Source: Podarcis vaucheri (Eukaryota). From it: a stretch of 64,000 nt of DNA. Positions 25,421-37,663 of the stretch are shown piece by piece (within the stretch, counting starts at the first letter, position 1; the number at the start of each line of letters is the position of its first letter). The stretch lies in the NCBI GenBank assembly GCA_965113315.1, contig OZ220364.1; one strand, written 5' to 3'. A model generated the notes under the pieces. The model worked only from the letters and a program-made list of their open reading frames with translations, was not told the DNA's origin and made no database searches. Position numbers and translations under genes: made by a program.

Positions 25421-27259
25421 GACTCTGCGCCCTCTGCTGGACCCTGCAGGCAGGACTACTAGGCAGGCCACTGGTGGGCCTGGCACACCACTGTGCCCTC
25501 CCTTCGATGCTGGGCCACACCTGCCTCCTTTCCCTAGGGGCTGGAGAGGCCCTCAAGCAATAAGTCACCTGCATTAATGACTGGAGTGTAATGTGAATGG
25601 GGGCCACAATCACTGCTGCTGACCACCTCTTTGTGCAGGAGGCTCCCTCAGACCTGAACACAGTCTGCTAGGAGTCCCTTGCTGCCAGTTCTTGGCTTCT
25701 GCCACTCTGCTTATACAGTTTGCTGTTCTCAGGGAGCTGCAGCTGCTCCTTGCTGGTTTCCAGGCCTATCCTTGAACGAGGATATGCAGGCATCCTGATA
25801 GGCAGTTAGTCTGGGGGGAATCTCACAGCGGGCGACGGATGAGGCTGGGCTGAGCTCGGATGGATTTGGACAGCCCTGACACAACCATTTGGGTGGGTGG
25901 GTGGGCAGGTGCGGCAAAAGCTCCTCACTGTGCATATCTGCTCTGGGTAGGCTAAGAGGGTACACACACGCATCCCTCTTTTCCAGCATGAACATCCTCT
26001 GCTGGTCCAGCTCCAATCCATTTTGGTACAATATGCACTGGGAAGCTGCTTCTCTTGCTGCAGGTGGACCTCATTTCATAGCTGTTCTCTCTTGCTTGAT
26101 CCTCGTAGCTTGGCTCTGGGTAGTATATGCAAGAGAGGCACTCAGAAATCAGAGAGCATCAGATTACAAGGTTAAAAAAAAACTGGTGGAGGAAATAAAG
26201 TCCCCGACCCCAATCTTGTTTCCTAGAGAGATCCTTTCCTTCCATGTGGCTAGGCAGTCCTTCCAGCTGAGTTTCGGCTGCTGCTCCTACCCTGCCTAAC
26301 AAAGCCTGCCTCTGCTTCCCGGCCCCATCGTCAGCTGTTGAACTTGAATCCATTTTGAGCGGCAGTCTCAAGCTTCCTTTGGTTGGGCATGGCTGAGAAC
26401 AGCTGGCAGCAGAGACACAAGGCTGTATAGCCAGCCACTCCCTCTCCCCCTGAATGGATCTGGCTTGTCCTGCCTCCAACCACTTCCCCAGAGCGAAGCG
26501 TGGTTTCAAGGCCCACCTCCTCTTTAACCACCACCCTCCACCTGCAGCTGAGCTTCTTGCCCCCAGTCACTCACACTGTGTGGATAGTACAAAGGTTGTC
26601 GTCCCAAGTGTCTCATTGGTGATGAGCCATTGCTGAGCCTGTCGCACCAGTGGCATTCCCCCATCCCAGTTACTGCTGGGAATATTCCCTTACTGGACTG
26701 GTTCTGGGGAACTCCTCTGCTCAGGGTGGTGCTGCTTGGCACTGGGGATGTTCCCAGAGGGCAGCAAAACCACAAGCAGCAACAGCAGCAGGTTCTCCTT
26801 GCGGTCTGGGTTTGGGCATGTCCTTGTCGAGATCTGTCTTTGACTAATCTGTCCAACTTTGTCATACTGACCTACCTCCCAGGGTGGCCCAGTTAATAAT
26901 GCCTGAAAAGCTGCCTCTGTTAAATTATTGATATTCTCTCACTGACACTACACACACGCACACACACACCCAAATGTTGGGCCTCTTCCCTGTACTGTAT
27001 CCCAATACTGTAGTTCAGGCACTGTCTGGTCACCCTAGGAGCCATGAAGGCCCCCTCCCTCTTCAATTACACCTCACAGCCCCAGTCCACCTACTGTATC
27101 TCTTTAAGACACTAACCCCAAGTAGGATGTGGAGCCTAGTTGCCCTCGGGACCCACACCTCATGCTCAGAGTGGGTGAGGTTTCTGCCAAGCCTTGCCTT
27201 CCTGTGCCCTGGCACCGGAAGCCTTGTGGGTAGACCAGGCACCACATTCTCCTTGGGCA

Positions 27260-27340
27260 TATTTTTGTATTCTATGTGTAAAGCATCTTTAAGATAAAAA
27301 TATATTGACATTACTAAATTGCTTTTTGCCTGCATGTGTG
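27260..27340 (+). terminator. Candidate GIPC1 polyadenylation region (variant signals)
   Basis: TGTA elements at about 27266 and 27277, GATAAA at 27293-27298, ACTAAA at 27313-27318, then a T/GT-rich stretch. No canonical AATAAA at this site. Confidence 0.4.
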
Positions 27341-28400
27341 CTTAAGGGGCGTGTTGTGGGGAGGGGAGGTGCACAGTGCCCACAAGTGGAGTTCCGGCTT
27401 ATCCCATCTCTTGGCCGACACGGACAAAAATTAAAACTTCCTCTGCGGAGGAAATGGTAGGATGCAGGAGTTGGGACCCAGCCAGTTAGGGTGGTGTTGC
27501 AGATCTGTGTAAGCAAGACGGTTCTCTGGTTGCTGCTAAGGGAGAAGTGAGGTTGCAGATGGCACATTGGGAAAAAGGAAACTACCCAGAGAAATACCCA
27601 GTAAAACAACTGCAGTACTCTAACTTCATGGCCAGGTGCAACTTTTTCCCTGGGGGGGGTGTCTCTATGCTTGAGCCCTGTCAGAGCAACAACATAAAAA
27701 TAATGTGTCTCGTGTGCTAGGGGTCTGCCTCTGGAGTGAGAGCAAATAATCTCAAAGAAGTCGTTCGATTTCTGCCCTGTGATATTTGTGTTTCCTTGAC
27801 TCAAATATTTCTAAATCTCCCTGCTTGGAGCAGTCCAAATATTAAACGGGTTGGTGAGGGCTGGGTTGGAAATGGCCCTGCGTGTGAAGTGGAACCAGAT
27901 GCTGTACTGTGTGCAGCCAGCCATTTCATTTTAATGGGCACTCTGAGATTCTACAGCTCCTAGTAAGCTGTGTAGGCCCTTGAATGCTCTGGTCATGTGG
28001 TACTGGAAGGAGTTGCTCCCCCCTTCCCAGGTACATACCAATTCTCCCCCGACCTTAGAATCAAATTAGCAGGGATGTGTCAGATGTCCACCCTTTGAGG
28101 GGCCGCAGTGATGCTTATGGCAGTCTTGTCTTCCAGTCTTCTTGCTGCAGCCACTGTACCAGGCCATGCTTAGTCAACAAGGTGGACCTTGAGCTTTCTG
28201 TCTCCGCTGCTGGAAGGAGCATCGGGTAGGACTATTGTGGCTATGTTTCTGAGAAGCTACAAGCAGGAACAAACACGCCATCCTGCCGGCTGATTGGGGG
28301 CTGGGAAATGGGATGGCTTCCCCCCATGGGAGGCAAGGCACAAACAATGAGGGGAAGAAGGCCAACTTGTTCATCCCCTGTCAGGATGCACAAGACAATT
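27330..28400 (-). pseudogene. Decayed vertnin-like OTU domain plus first repeat, U5b
   Basis: GAT GGC G TGT TTG TTC (28282-28267) reads DG/CLF. NIWTAPSREI*KYL ~ NIYSIYPMRNLKIRPYF, in frame with the 171-aa ORF 27289-27804. That ORF contains GRPLAHETHYFYVVAL (27729-27682) ~ GQPLTSHFFRHQYFAPVVGL and HFLRRGSF...GISRNST ~ HFLQDSF...EISRST. Confidence 0.75.
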
Positions 28401-29989
28401 AGCTGGGCCATACAGGTCTAAACAGGGATTCAGCAAGCCATTGTAGTAGCTGGTCTGCATTTTCATGCATCATGAAACTGGTTCCATACAGGGTGTCTGG
28501 GAGCCCTCTAGCTGCGATGGTGTTAAGGGTCCAAGTTTGCTCCTAAAATACTGAGAGCAAAGTTACTTGCCCATCCATTCCTTAGCTGCAGCCCTGCTGC
28601 CGACATTTTAGTGCAATTGACCCCTGGGAGTGCCTGCATTGAGCTGAATGTGCCACACAAAAGCAATTGGAATGATGCTTGTTTTGAAGCCTGCATGACG
28701 TATATTGCCGTCTGTGTTTTATTTACCTTTTGGTAGTTGGACTTGGACCTGTTCCATCCCTTAAAGTTGTTTTAAAGAGCACAGTAAGAAATAATAGGAT
28801 GTCTCCCAGAGAAAACCAAGACTCCACCCTTGTAAACAGCTGATTCTCCATGTAGGATGATGATGCCCTGGAGAAACTACTCTCCTCATTCCACTCCACC
28901 TCACCCCAGAAGCACTTGTAGTCTGCTCTCTCTTACACCCACACACTGTTCTGTGGCTTCCCCTGGTGCATGTGCACACACACCCTGAGTCATTTTTTTT
29001 GGGGGGGAGCCTTGCTCTGCTAGTGGGAACCCTTATGTGGGCTTCCATTAGTGGAACTCATTATCTGAATCCTGCTCTGTGTGTCGTTCTGGCTTTTTGG
29101 ATGTCTTATTTCAGATGTCCAACCTAGCAACTTTATTTCTTGGCATTAAAAACACACTTCTCTGGACCGAGCACTCAGAAGTAGTGCAAAATCCTATTCC
29201 CCGTATATCTTTGGGGGAGGTAATTTTGTACATGCTGCAGGAGGGGAGAGGGGGGAGAGAATTGGGTGCAAATGCCTTGCTAAATGGTGTGAGAGTCTTC
29301 AGGGACCACTATAACATTGCAGCTGTTAGAGGAGTTTTTTAAGACCAGCTTGGCAATCCTGTTGGAATGGTGCAGCAGGGACTACTTAGCCTTTGACTTG
29401 AATAGGGAAGGGAGAAAAGACACATGCTTCCTTTCAAGAATATAAGAAAAAGATTTGTAGATGAGAACAAAGCTCCATCTGGTCTGGTCCCAGCATGATT
29501 TCTTTGGAAATTCCAGGAGGACATAGAGGCAACAGCCTTCCTTTGTGTGTTTTCAGCATGAGGTACTCCAAAGGGATAGGCGACCTGTGGCCCTCCAGAT
29601 GTTGTTAGACTACAGTACATCTCTCATAATCCTTGGCCATTGGCTATGCTGGGCTGATGGAAGTTGGAGTCCTACAGCTTCTGGGGGGTCACAGATTCCC
29701 CATCCCTAGAGCCTTGGCTTTCTTTGCACTCAAGTGGGGGAGCTACCATGGCCTTTGTAAAGCAATCAAGAGATAGCAGCCAGCAGTGCTTTGTGGGGGA
29801 ATGAATTCCACAGATTACCGTAATTCTGCATTGTGTGAAGAAGTTCCTTTCATTTAACCTCCGAGGTTTGCTCTTGGAGCACTCGAGTGAAAATATTTCC
29901 TTGCAGTCAACACGCTAGCTTGGAAGGTGTTGTCTGGCAATTGAGTCACATTCCTGCTGTAAGCAAGCAAGCAAACAAAAACCCTTTTA

Positions 29990-31090
29990 TTTGGATAAAT
30001 TTGATGAGCAGCCAGATAGAGCACATAGTATTCAAAGATTTATGAGAACTAATTTGACACTTCACCCAGCCATAAGAGTCAGCTTTTTCCAGTCCAGTAG
30101 TGCTAGGAAGCTGGTCTACAGATGCTCTTGGCTAGCAGCCTCCCTCTTTACCCAGAACTGGTTAATGGTCTGTCTAACTATGATCACCCCCTGTTCTGCT
30201 AAACAGGTTCCCATTCTCAACATCTCCCTTGGCTCCTGCTGTCTGTAGGGCCCAGTACCGTGGTACCTCTAGTTATGTACTCGATCCGTTCCAGGGTGCC
30301 GTTTGCACCCTGAAAAGTCCGCAACTAGAGTGCCGCTTCTGCGCATGCACGAGATGCGCAGAGCACTTCTGCACATGCGCGCAGGGTAAAACCCGGAAGA
30401 CTGATGTAACAAGAGGTACAACTGTACACACAAGTCCTAGGTATGCACTCAAGTGGAGAGATGTTGTCTGTGGGCCTGAAGATCCCTCAAATAGGCAGCA
30501 ACCAAATTATAGTTCAAACTACTTGCCAAATGTGGAAAAGTGGCCCCGAGCCTTCATCCTTCAGAGTAGCTGGCTCCTGCTTGATCTCTCTGTGTCAGGG
30601 TATTATAAAAATAGCAGGAAGCTGGGTGTTGGCAAAGTTGGAAAACTTGCAGCACAGGCAAGACATCCGTTGCAGTAGGTGATACACAAAGAGGTATCCC
30701 AAAACACAGTGCTTGTGGCAGCACGCCAGCCTGTCATGCACTCAAAGGGCTGGTATAACTCACCTGCTCCACTTGTGTTCTTGCCTTATAAGCATAACCT
30801 GCAATGAACTAGAAAAACTTGTCTCCATGTCAAAGCACCCAGTGTTCTGAGGAGCTGGTCAACATCAACGTAATACCTTGGTAGACCTTCAGCCACCAGC
30901 ACGTCGAGAGCTCCAAGATGCTCAGCAGTGCTGGTTGGAGAACCAGCCTATACATCTGCTGTGAACTCGCAGCCAGCTTTACAAAGAGCAAAGTGGCTTC
31001 GTGAATCCTTTCTGCGGACAGAGACCAACACCATGCCTCAATCCGCCTCAGAAATGTGGGCAGTGATGTGCCAGATGGTAATCTGTGGAT
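29990..31090 (-). pseudogene. Decayed vertnin-like unit U6
   Basis: EATLLFVKLAAS ~ EGSLLFEAAS; SILEL ~ SLEL; ANTQLPAIFIIP*HREIK ~ ASVLQRNIYSIYPMRNLKIR; SQEHL*TSF ~ SQEH / HFLQDSF. Split by a TA-flanked MITE. Confidence 0.6.
30258..30424. mobile_element. Tc1/mariner-type MITE flanked by TA
   Basis: TA|CCGTGGTACCTC ... GAGGTACAACTG|TA inverted ends. Confidence 0.75.
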
Positions 31091-32861
31091 ATGATTAATG
31101 GTTCAGGTGACCAGTTTGTCATGAGCAGGGTTCTGTGCAAGGCTTAAGGGGGGTGTTCTGGCCTGAAGTGTGGGTTGTGCCATTTGCTAAAAAGCAGCAC
31201 TAGCACTTTCATAACCACCATAAACACTGACCTATAGGTTGGGCCACCATGCATGCCTCAAAGCTCCTTACTCAAGAGTAAAGCAGCAAGACACTTAAAA
31301 GAAAGTTATGAAGCAAAATGTGCAGGTACGCTTCTAAGCGATTTACACAAAATGAGCCAGCCTAGTTGCTCCTGCTTATCAGTGTTTTTAGCTGATCAGT
31401 GAAGTGAGTTGCTTGGACACCAGCTATAGGAATCGCTAGGGTCCTAAAGAACTACTGTTTTCCGTTCCCTTTTATCACACTTTCCCTGCTTCTGTTTTAT
31501 TTTCTTGGAAATGCCATAGTTCGCCATTCATTTTTTCCTACCAAGCGATGTGCATATTTTGTTATGTGGTGTAAGCCTGAATCCGCATGCATATCCACCC
31601 CCACCACTCCCCCGTACCCCATCACACATTCCCAATAGGTTTGGGATATTTTGCCAGAATCAATACATGTGACTATTTATGAATATATGTTTCAGCTCTT
31701 AACCTTATGCCTGATAAGTTCACCCCAGAGGAATAAAGAAATGTTGTTTTATTATATGAAATAAAGGAGGCAGAATATATAGATGGTGCTTCAGGCAGCC
31801 AAGTTACATATATGTGATCAGAAAATCACACAGTACATACACACCTCGATCTTAAAGATAAACAGATCCCCAGCTACCCAAAAGCAACGACAAATTGCCA
31901 CAGTACACACATTAAGAGAAGAAATGAATGGAAAATACGCATGCCCCAAAGCAAGCGGTACCGAAGACTGGGTCAGATATTTGTGTCAATTGTGTGAGAG
32001 TTAAGCTTTCCCCATTGGCATCCTATATCTGGCTTCCCATGGTAAGTATGAGCTTGTCCAGGGGAAGGAGGAGCAATGATTGTACTCGCTCTAATTGTGT
32101 TACAACACATTGTGTTATGCCTTGCCCCCCATGGTAGCCATTTTGTGACTGGAGCCCACAGCACGCTCTCAAAATTTAAAATGTGCCCACTGGTCCAAAA
32201 AGGTTAGTGACCCCTGCTCTAGGGTGTGAAGATCAGTGGCTAAGTTGGCTAGGGCTGATGGTGATTGGCGTCTGCCAACTGAAGGTCAGCACAACAGTTT
32301 TCCCTGGGGTAAAACATTGATGGCTTGGAGAAGGGCCTTCACAGTTGTGGCCTCCAAGTAAAAGACAGTAGGTATGCAGTTCAATTGCTTTTAGCAATAT
32401 TTTTTTTTTCTGAATGCAATCAGTTCCAGCCATAGCAAGATAAAACAGATGACTCTTAAAGAGGCCCTATTTTGTTAGAATTTCCTCTCTGTAGTCAAGC
32501 TTGTTGTGCAGTTCATGGCTAGTAAAACTAGACTATGTGTCAATGACGCAAGAAACAATTATATATCAAGACCTACTTGGACCACTATCTGTGTCTCTGG
32601 CATAGACTGGCTTTTAACACTCCCCCCCCCCCCTTTTCAGGATCTACCACATATATGTTATCTGATTCTCTACTTGAGAAGTAGCAGAATGATGCAATTG
32701 TGCCACTTTCGTGTGTAGCCAGAAATAGCTGCATGTCAGGATCTCACACACAGAACACCACCTGCCTCTCTTGCCATGCTTTATGTACTCTGAGATATGG
32801 CCTCTGGCCAAATACAATATGATGGCTACATGGTTTACTGGAACCCCACAGTATGACTTCT

Positions 32862-33296
32862 TTGTTGTTGTTTAGTCATTTAGTCGTGTCCGACTCTTCG
32901 TGACCCCATGGACCAGAGCACGCCAGGCACTCCTGTCTTCCACTGCCTCCCGCAGTTTGGTCAAACTCATGTTCGTAGCTTCGAGAACACTGTCCAACCA
33001 TCTTGTCCTCTGTCGTCCCCTTCTCCTTGTGCCCTCAATCTTTCCCAGCATCAGGGTCTTTTCCAGGGTGTCTTCTCTTCTCATGAGGTGGCCAAAGTAT
33101 TGGAGCCTCAGCTTCAGGATCTGTCCTTCCAGTGAGCACTCAGGGCTGATTTCCTTCAGAATGGATCTTCTTGCAGTCCATGGGACTCTCAAGAGTCTCC
33201 TCCAGCACCATAATTCAAAAGCATCAATTATTCAGCAATCAGCCTTCTTTATGGTCCACTCTCACTTCCATACATCACTACTGGGAAAACCATAGC
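32862..33296 (-). mobile_element. BovB (RTE) LINE 3' fragment with 9-bp TSD
   Basis: SILKEISPECSLEGQILKLRLQYFGHLMRR...LGKIEG..RRGRQRTRWLD...HGVTKSRTRL; (CAA)n tail; ATGACTTCT at 32853-32861 and 33297-33305. Confidence 0.93.
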
Positions 33297-33660
33297 ATGA
33301 CTTCTACTAGGAACAAAAAGAACATTCAACCCAATAAATCCTACCCTCCTCCAAATCTTTCCCTCTGGTCTGCTGGCAAAGTAACATTGTTGGCTTTCAA
33401 AACTCTAAATTTCTTAGGATATACAGTTTCTCATTCTCCCTTGCTGAAGAAGTGAAGTAAAATGATGCATGGTGGTGTTGCACCAGCTTTGTGCATTGTG
33501 ATAAATTACAGCAAGTCAGGAATGCAAATCTGGAATGATTATAACAAACTTTGTTTACGTACCTCTTGACCTTCCCAAAGCCAAGACTCTATTGGAATTT
33601 TCTTCTCTTCCCACTTGGTGTGGCTTTGGCTTGCCCACCAGTTTCTTAGATCTCCTTGAA

Positions 33661-33662
<2 letters not shown>

Positions 33663-33692
<30 letters not shown>
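33663..33692. repeat. (AC)n microsatellite
   Basis: Direct observation. Confidence 0.95.
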
Positions 33693-33694
<2 letters not shown>

Positions 33695-34599
33695 CAGCAG
33701 AGCGATGGAGCACCATTGCACAAACACAAGTGCTCTGCATCTATTGCTCTTGAGAGCAGGATAGAGCGTGGGGCAGATTTAGTAGCAGCTACTTGGTTTA
33801 TCAAACGTAAAAGAAAAATTGTAGCAAAGGCTAGCAAAGAGCAAAAGCTACAGAACTTTTCTACTGTGCCAAACTCTGCCTGGGGCTGCCATCTGTAAGC
33901 TGCAGCCAGTACAGAATGTGGCAGCCTGCCCGCCTCTCAAAGAAAAATATTTTATAAAGTTTACATTGGAATACGCTGAGAGGTGAATGGTGAGAATCAA
34001 TTTCCCCAGTCTCTTTGGATGCTATAAAAGAGAAAGAACTCACCTATGAGCTCAATACTTTGTGTTGCAATGAGATAGGGTGGGTGAAAAGGGTGTGTTG
34101 GGAGGGAATAAGGATCCCATTCCATTCAAGCCCATCCTTTTCATCCCATTCTATTTCTTTGCAATTCATGGACTCAGAGGCTGTTCTATAGCCGGCAAGC
34201 AAGCAGACATTCTTTGTGTTTGCATCTTCTCAATCAGGGGGTTTCTTGGAGGGGATCTAGGGGGCCTGAGCCCCAGATTGCCTGTCCCTTTCCCCCCTCC
34301 TCCATGTTTTTTGTATTATTAACAGTCTGTTAGAAATTTCCCATTACATAAAAATATACCACTCCCAGCCTTACACCTTCAATAAAGCCCACCTACCCAT
34401 CTTTGCCCCTTCCCCCAAACATATAAGTTCCCCTGCCCATTGAAACATTAGAGGAATTTTGAAATCTTTACAGCGTAAATAAACAGTCAAACACAAGAGA
34501 GAGAAAGCATTAAGACAAGAATGAATCAACAAGCATAATACCAATAATAATTATACAATAAGTACTAATCCTAAGGTCAACATGTGCATCTGGCACCTA

Positions 34600-37500
34600 C
34601 ATTGTACATGTTTTTGGTGACACGCCAAAGCACGCCTTTCCATCCAGGCTTTTGGGAATGGTTGATCATGAGTTTCCCCTTCTGTATCGTAAAGTGACTT
34701 TCCCTATGAAAAGCAGCCGGAAATTGTGTCTGCACGTATAAATTAGCACCTGCAAATGGCATGCAATTTTTTTTTGTCATTGGTCTGTGCCCTTTGTCTT
34801 TTAAAGATCTAGCGGTGCCTCTCTGCTCCAAGCAACAGCCCAGCTCGTGTTCCTCTGTTGTGGGCTGATGCTGGCCCTGCCTAGATCTGTTTAGCATCAT
34901 TACAGAGAAGCCACGAGAGGGAAACAGCCAGAGCAGTGAGGTGCTGCCTTCCATCAGCTGAGGCCAGGCAGAGCAGAAACGGCAGGAGAATGATGCAGCG
35001 TATAGGTCACCTGCCAGGTTTTTAAAACTTTATTATGGTTGCATTGACTGTTTTGACTAATCTGATGGTTTGTATACTGCTTTGTGAGGTGGTTGTCCTG
35101 CAAAACAGCATGGGAGTCTTTAAAATGCATAAATAAATTTTAGAAATCGGGCATTTGGAGCAGCCTGTTCTTTCTACCGGGAGAGGAAAAGCTGAAAGAT
35201 AAGGATGTGCTCTGCCCACCCCTTCATACCTTTCTTAAAAGATCTGCTCCAGAGACAACCCAATGGCTTGGTTCAATGATTCCGAGACCTGTTCCTCATC
35301 AAGACTGACAGCTCTGGGCTCGTTGAACCATTCGTCTGATTTATAAAGCCTCTCCTATAGCCTCGATGAGGAACATTGCAACATCCTCCCACACTGCCTT
35401 GTACTAGAGTCAGATAACAATATATGGGAACACCTGTAGCTTGGTTCAGGGCCTGGGGTGGGGAATGACTACAGACCGAAGAGAGAAAGGCTATGCTCAC
35501 ATCAGCAGCTTGTGAGGTTATTCCACCACCACCACCACCCTGGCTGCATTTCCATGTCACTTTCTTACTTCTCACACCAGAGCAGGGGGGGTAGATGTCT
35601 TCACCAGATGATTCAATGCCCCCACCATGCCAAACTCCAATCCAGTGAGGCTTCTGTTTGCACTTGCGCCATCGTCTGCACATGTGCAAAAGCTGCCCGA
35701 ACTGTTCACACCACAATGGAACTGTGGTTTCCATTTTCAAAGCCTATGGAAATTGGGTTGAGATAGAACGCATCAAGGAAGAGTATTTCTCTAAAAGCTT
35801 CAGAATACATACAGATTGTGGCTAATGGCATATGAACCCACCTTTAAAAACCAGCAGCGGAGTACACTGGAGCTGCAGTAAATGGTAATGTGAGCACATC
35901 CTTAAGTTTCTGGCACAAAGGGGTAGCACCAGAAATAACAGCTTCCCATTACAGCAGCTGACCCCCGCTCACCCCATAAGTGCACAGGGAGATGTCTGTC
36001 TCCAGGGTGAATTCCTAGTGCATTCCCAGCTCCGCTTCAGTGACTGTCCCAGAGAGAAAAAGAACAACTTTTCCATCCCAAGTAGGAAGAAAATCTGCAC
36101 TATGGGTGCTGGAATGGACTTGGCTCTTTTGACAGACCTTGACCTTTGGCAATTTGTCAGCTGTTCTTGTTCAGAGAGGGCCATGGTGTTAGGACTAGCC
36201 TAAGGCATTTGATGGCCTCAGGCAAGCAAGAAGAGGGCAATTCCACTCACCTTCCACAGAAACTGACTGGCCTGGCAGCTGAATCTTAGCTCAACGCTGA
36301 TGCTTCGACATCATCCTCCAGTATTCCTTTGGGAGGAAGAGTGGGATATAATTTGCATTAAAATAAAAAATAAATAAATACTGAAGCATGGCCTAAAATG
36401 GTCTTGGTTGAACTTAATATAAATTTAGGAATAAGATTCTCCCTGGTGAATTCCAGCAGTAGACATTGCAGTGTTTTTGAGCATAGAATTTTCCTCCAAA
36501 GCGGTCAGGGATGATCTTGCTAATAGAGCTTTTTACCATCCTCAACTCATGTGCCTCAACAGTAGCTTCATCTGCAGAAATTAGAAGCTGGGGTGTTGCT
36601 GTGAGTATCTCTACCTACTCGATTTTGCAAATGAAGCTTCTCTCGTAGGTGCAGGAGGAAGCCAGACTGTTTGCTTGCTCTTTTTTTTTTGCTGTCCTCC
36701 CCATGATTCCAGGGAACCCTGAATTAGCTGGAAATCATCTGGATTTTCCAGTTTGTTCTAAATCAATAGTAAGAACAGATGTGACATTGTTTCCTGAAAA
36801 AAGCGTTATCTTCTTAGCTCAGCATTAGCATTAGGCATCTTATCACAAGGGAGCCACGGGCCTCTGCTCAGTTCCAGGTAATGGCAGTGAATGCCGCTGA
36901 GGCTATGTCTACAAAGGTAAGCAAAGCAAAACCTAATCTTCAGTGACAATTGTGTCAGATTTTCTTGGTGGAATTTCTGCATGTACAAACAGCTATTTTC
37001 AGTCATCAGTAGTCACCCAAAGTTAAGAGCTGGTTCCCACATTCATTTTAAGATAAGATATTGGTTGAGTTCATGTAGTGTGAGAGATTTTTATTTTATG
37101 ACTAGGAAAGTGATCACATATATGTGTGTATATATATACATTCTGCATTTTGCTGCCTTGTTCAACATATTTTCCATATCCTCGTGATGGTACAGGGCAC
37201 AAAAATTCATTTATTCATGGTATGTGCAGAAGCAGTCACCAGTTATATTTCCAGCCATTGTCCTGGGGCCTGATCCATAAAAGGCTGCTAAGGACACCAG
37301 TGGCTGGGCTGTTGATTATCATACATCAGGAATTACTGGCAACAGGCCCAAATGTATTTCCTTTCTGGCTATGAGGTCCAGCAGTATATTGTGTGCGGCA
37401 GCCCTTAAAAATGCTGGAGAAGCTCTGCAGGATCCAGCCAACATTGCACTGAATCCAGCCATGTCACACCAGAAGCATCTGGGATCTTCAAGAGCAGGAT

Positions 37501-37663
37501 CATTAGAGGCTATAGTGCAATGTGCTGTAAATGCCACAGAAGATGGCCAATTTACTAGCTTGGCATCTATGCCTTCAAACAACGGCACAACATGCTGGTG
37601 CCTAGTAGGCAGAGTATTCCTCAGCAAGGAGATGAATTGACAGGTAAAAGGTAACAGCTTCAT
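34600..37663 (-). pseudogene. Decayed vertnin-like unit U7
   Basis: ORF 37319-37663: TLPT...IDA ~ TLPT...VDS, and SAMLAGSCRASPAFLRAAAHNILLDLIARK ~ SMLLWGDAGLSLELRARTVVEMLLHR. Further down, FAYLCRHSLS ~ YSHLCERYSV; VPLWCEQFGQ ~ VPLQQFLQ; FPAAFHRESHF ~ repeat core. Confidence 0.65.

Noticed and set aside
24175-25661. Several 100-134 aa antisense or shifted ORFs over GIPC1 exons (also 5796-6166 and 10404-10712)
   Set aside because: Shadow ORFs of GC-rich coding exons.
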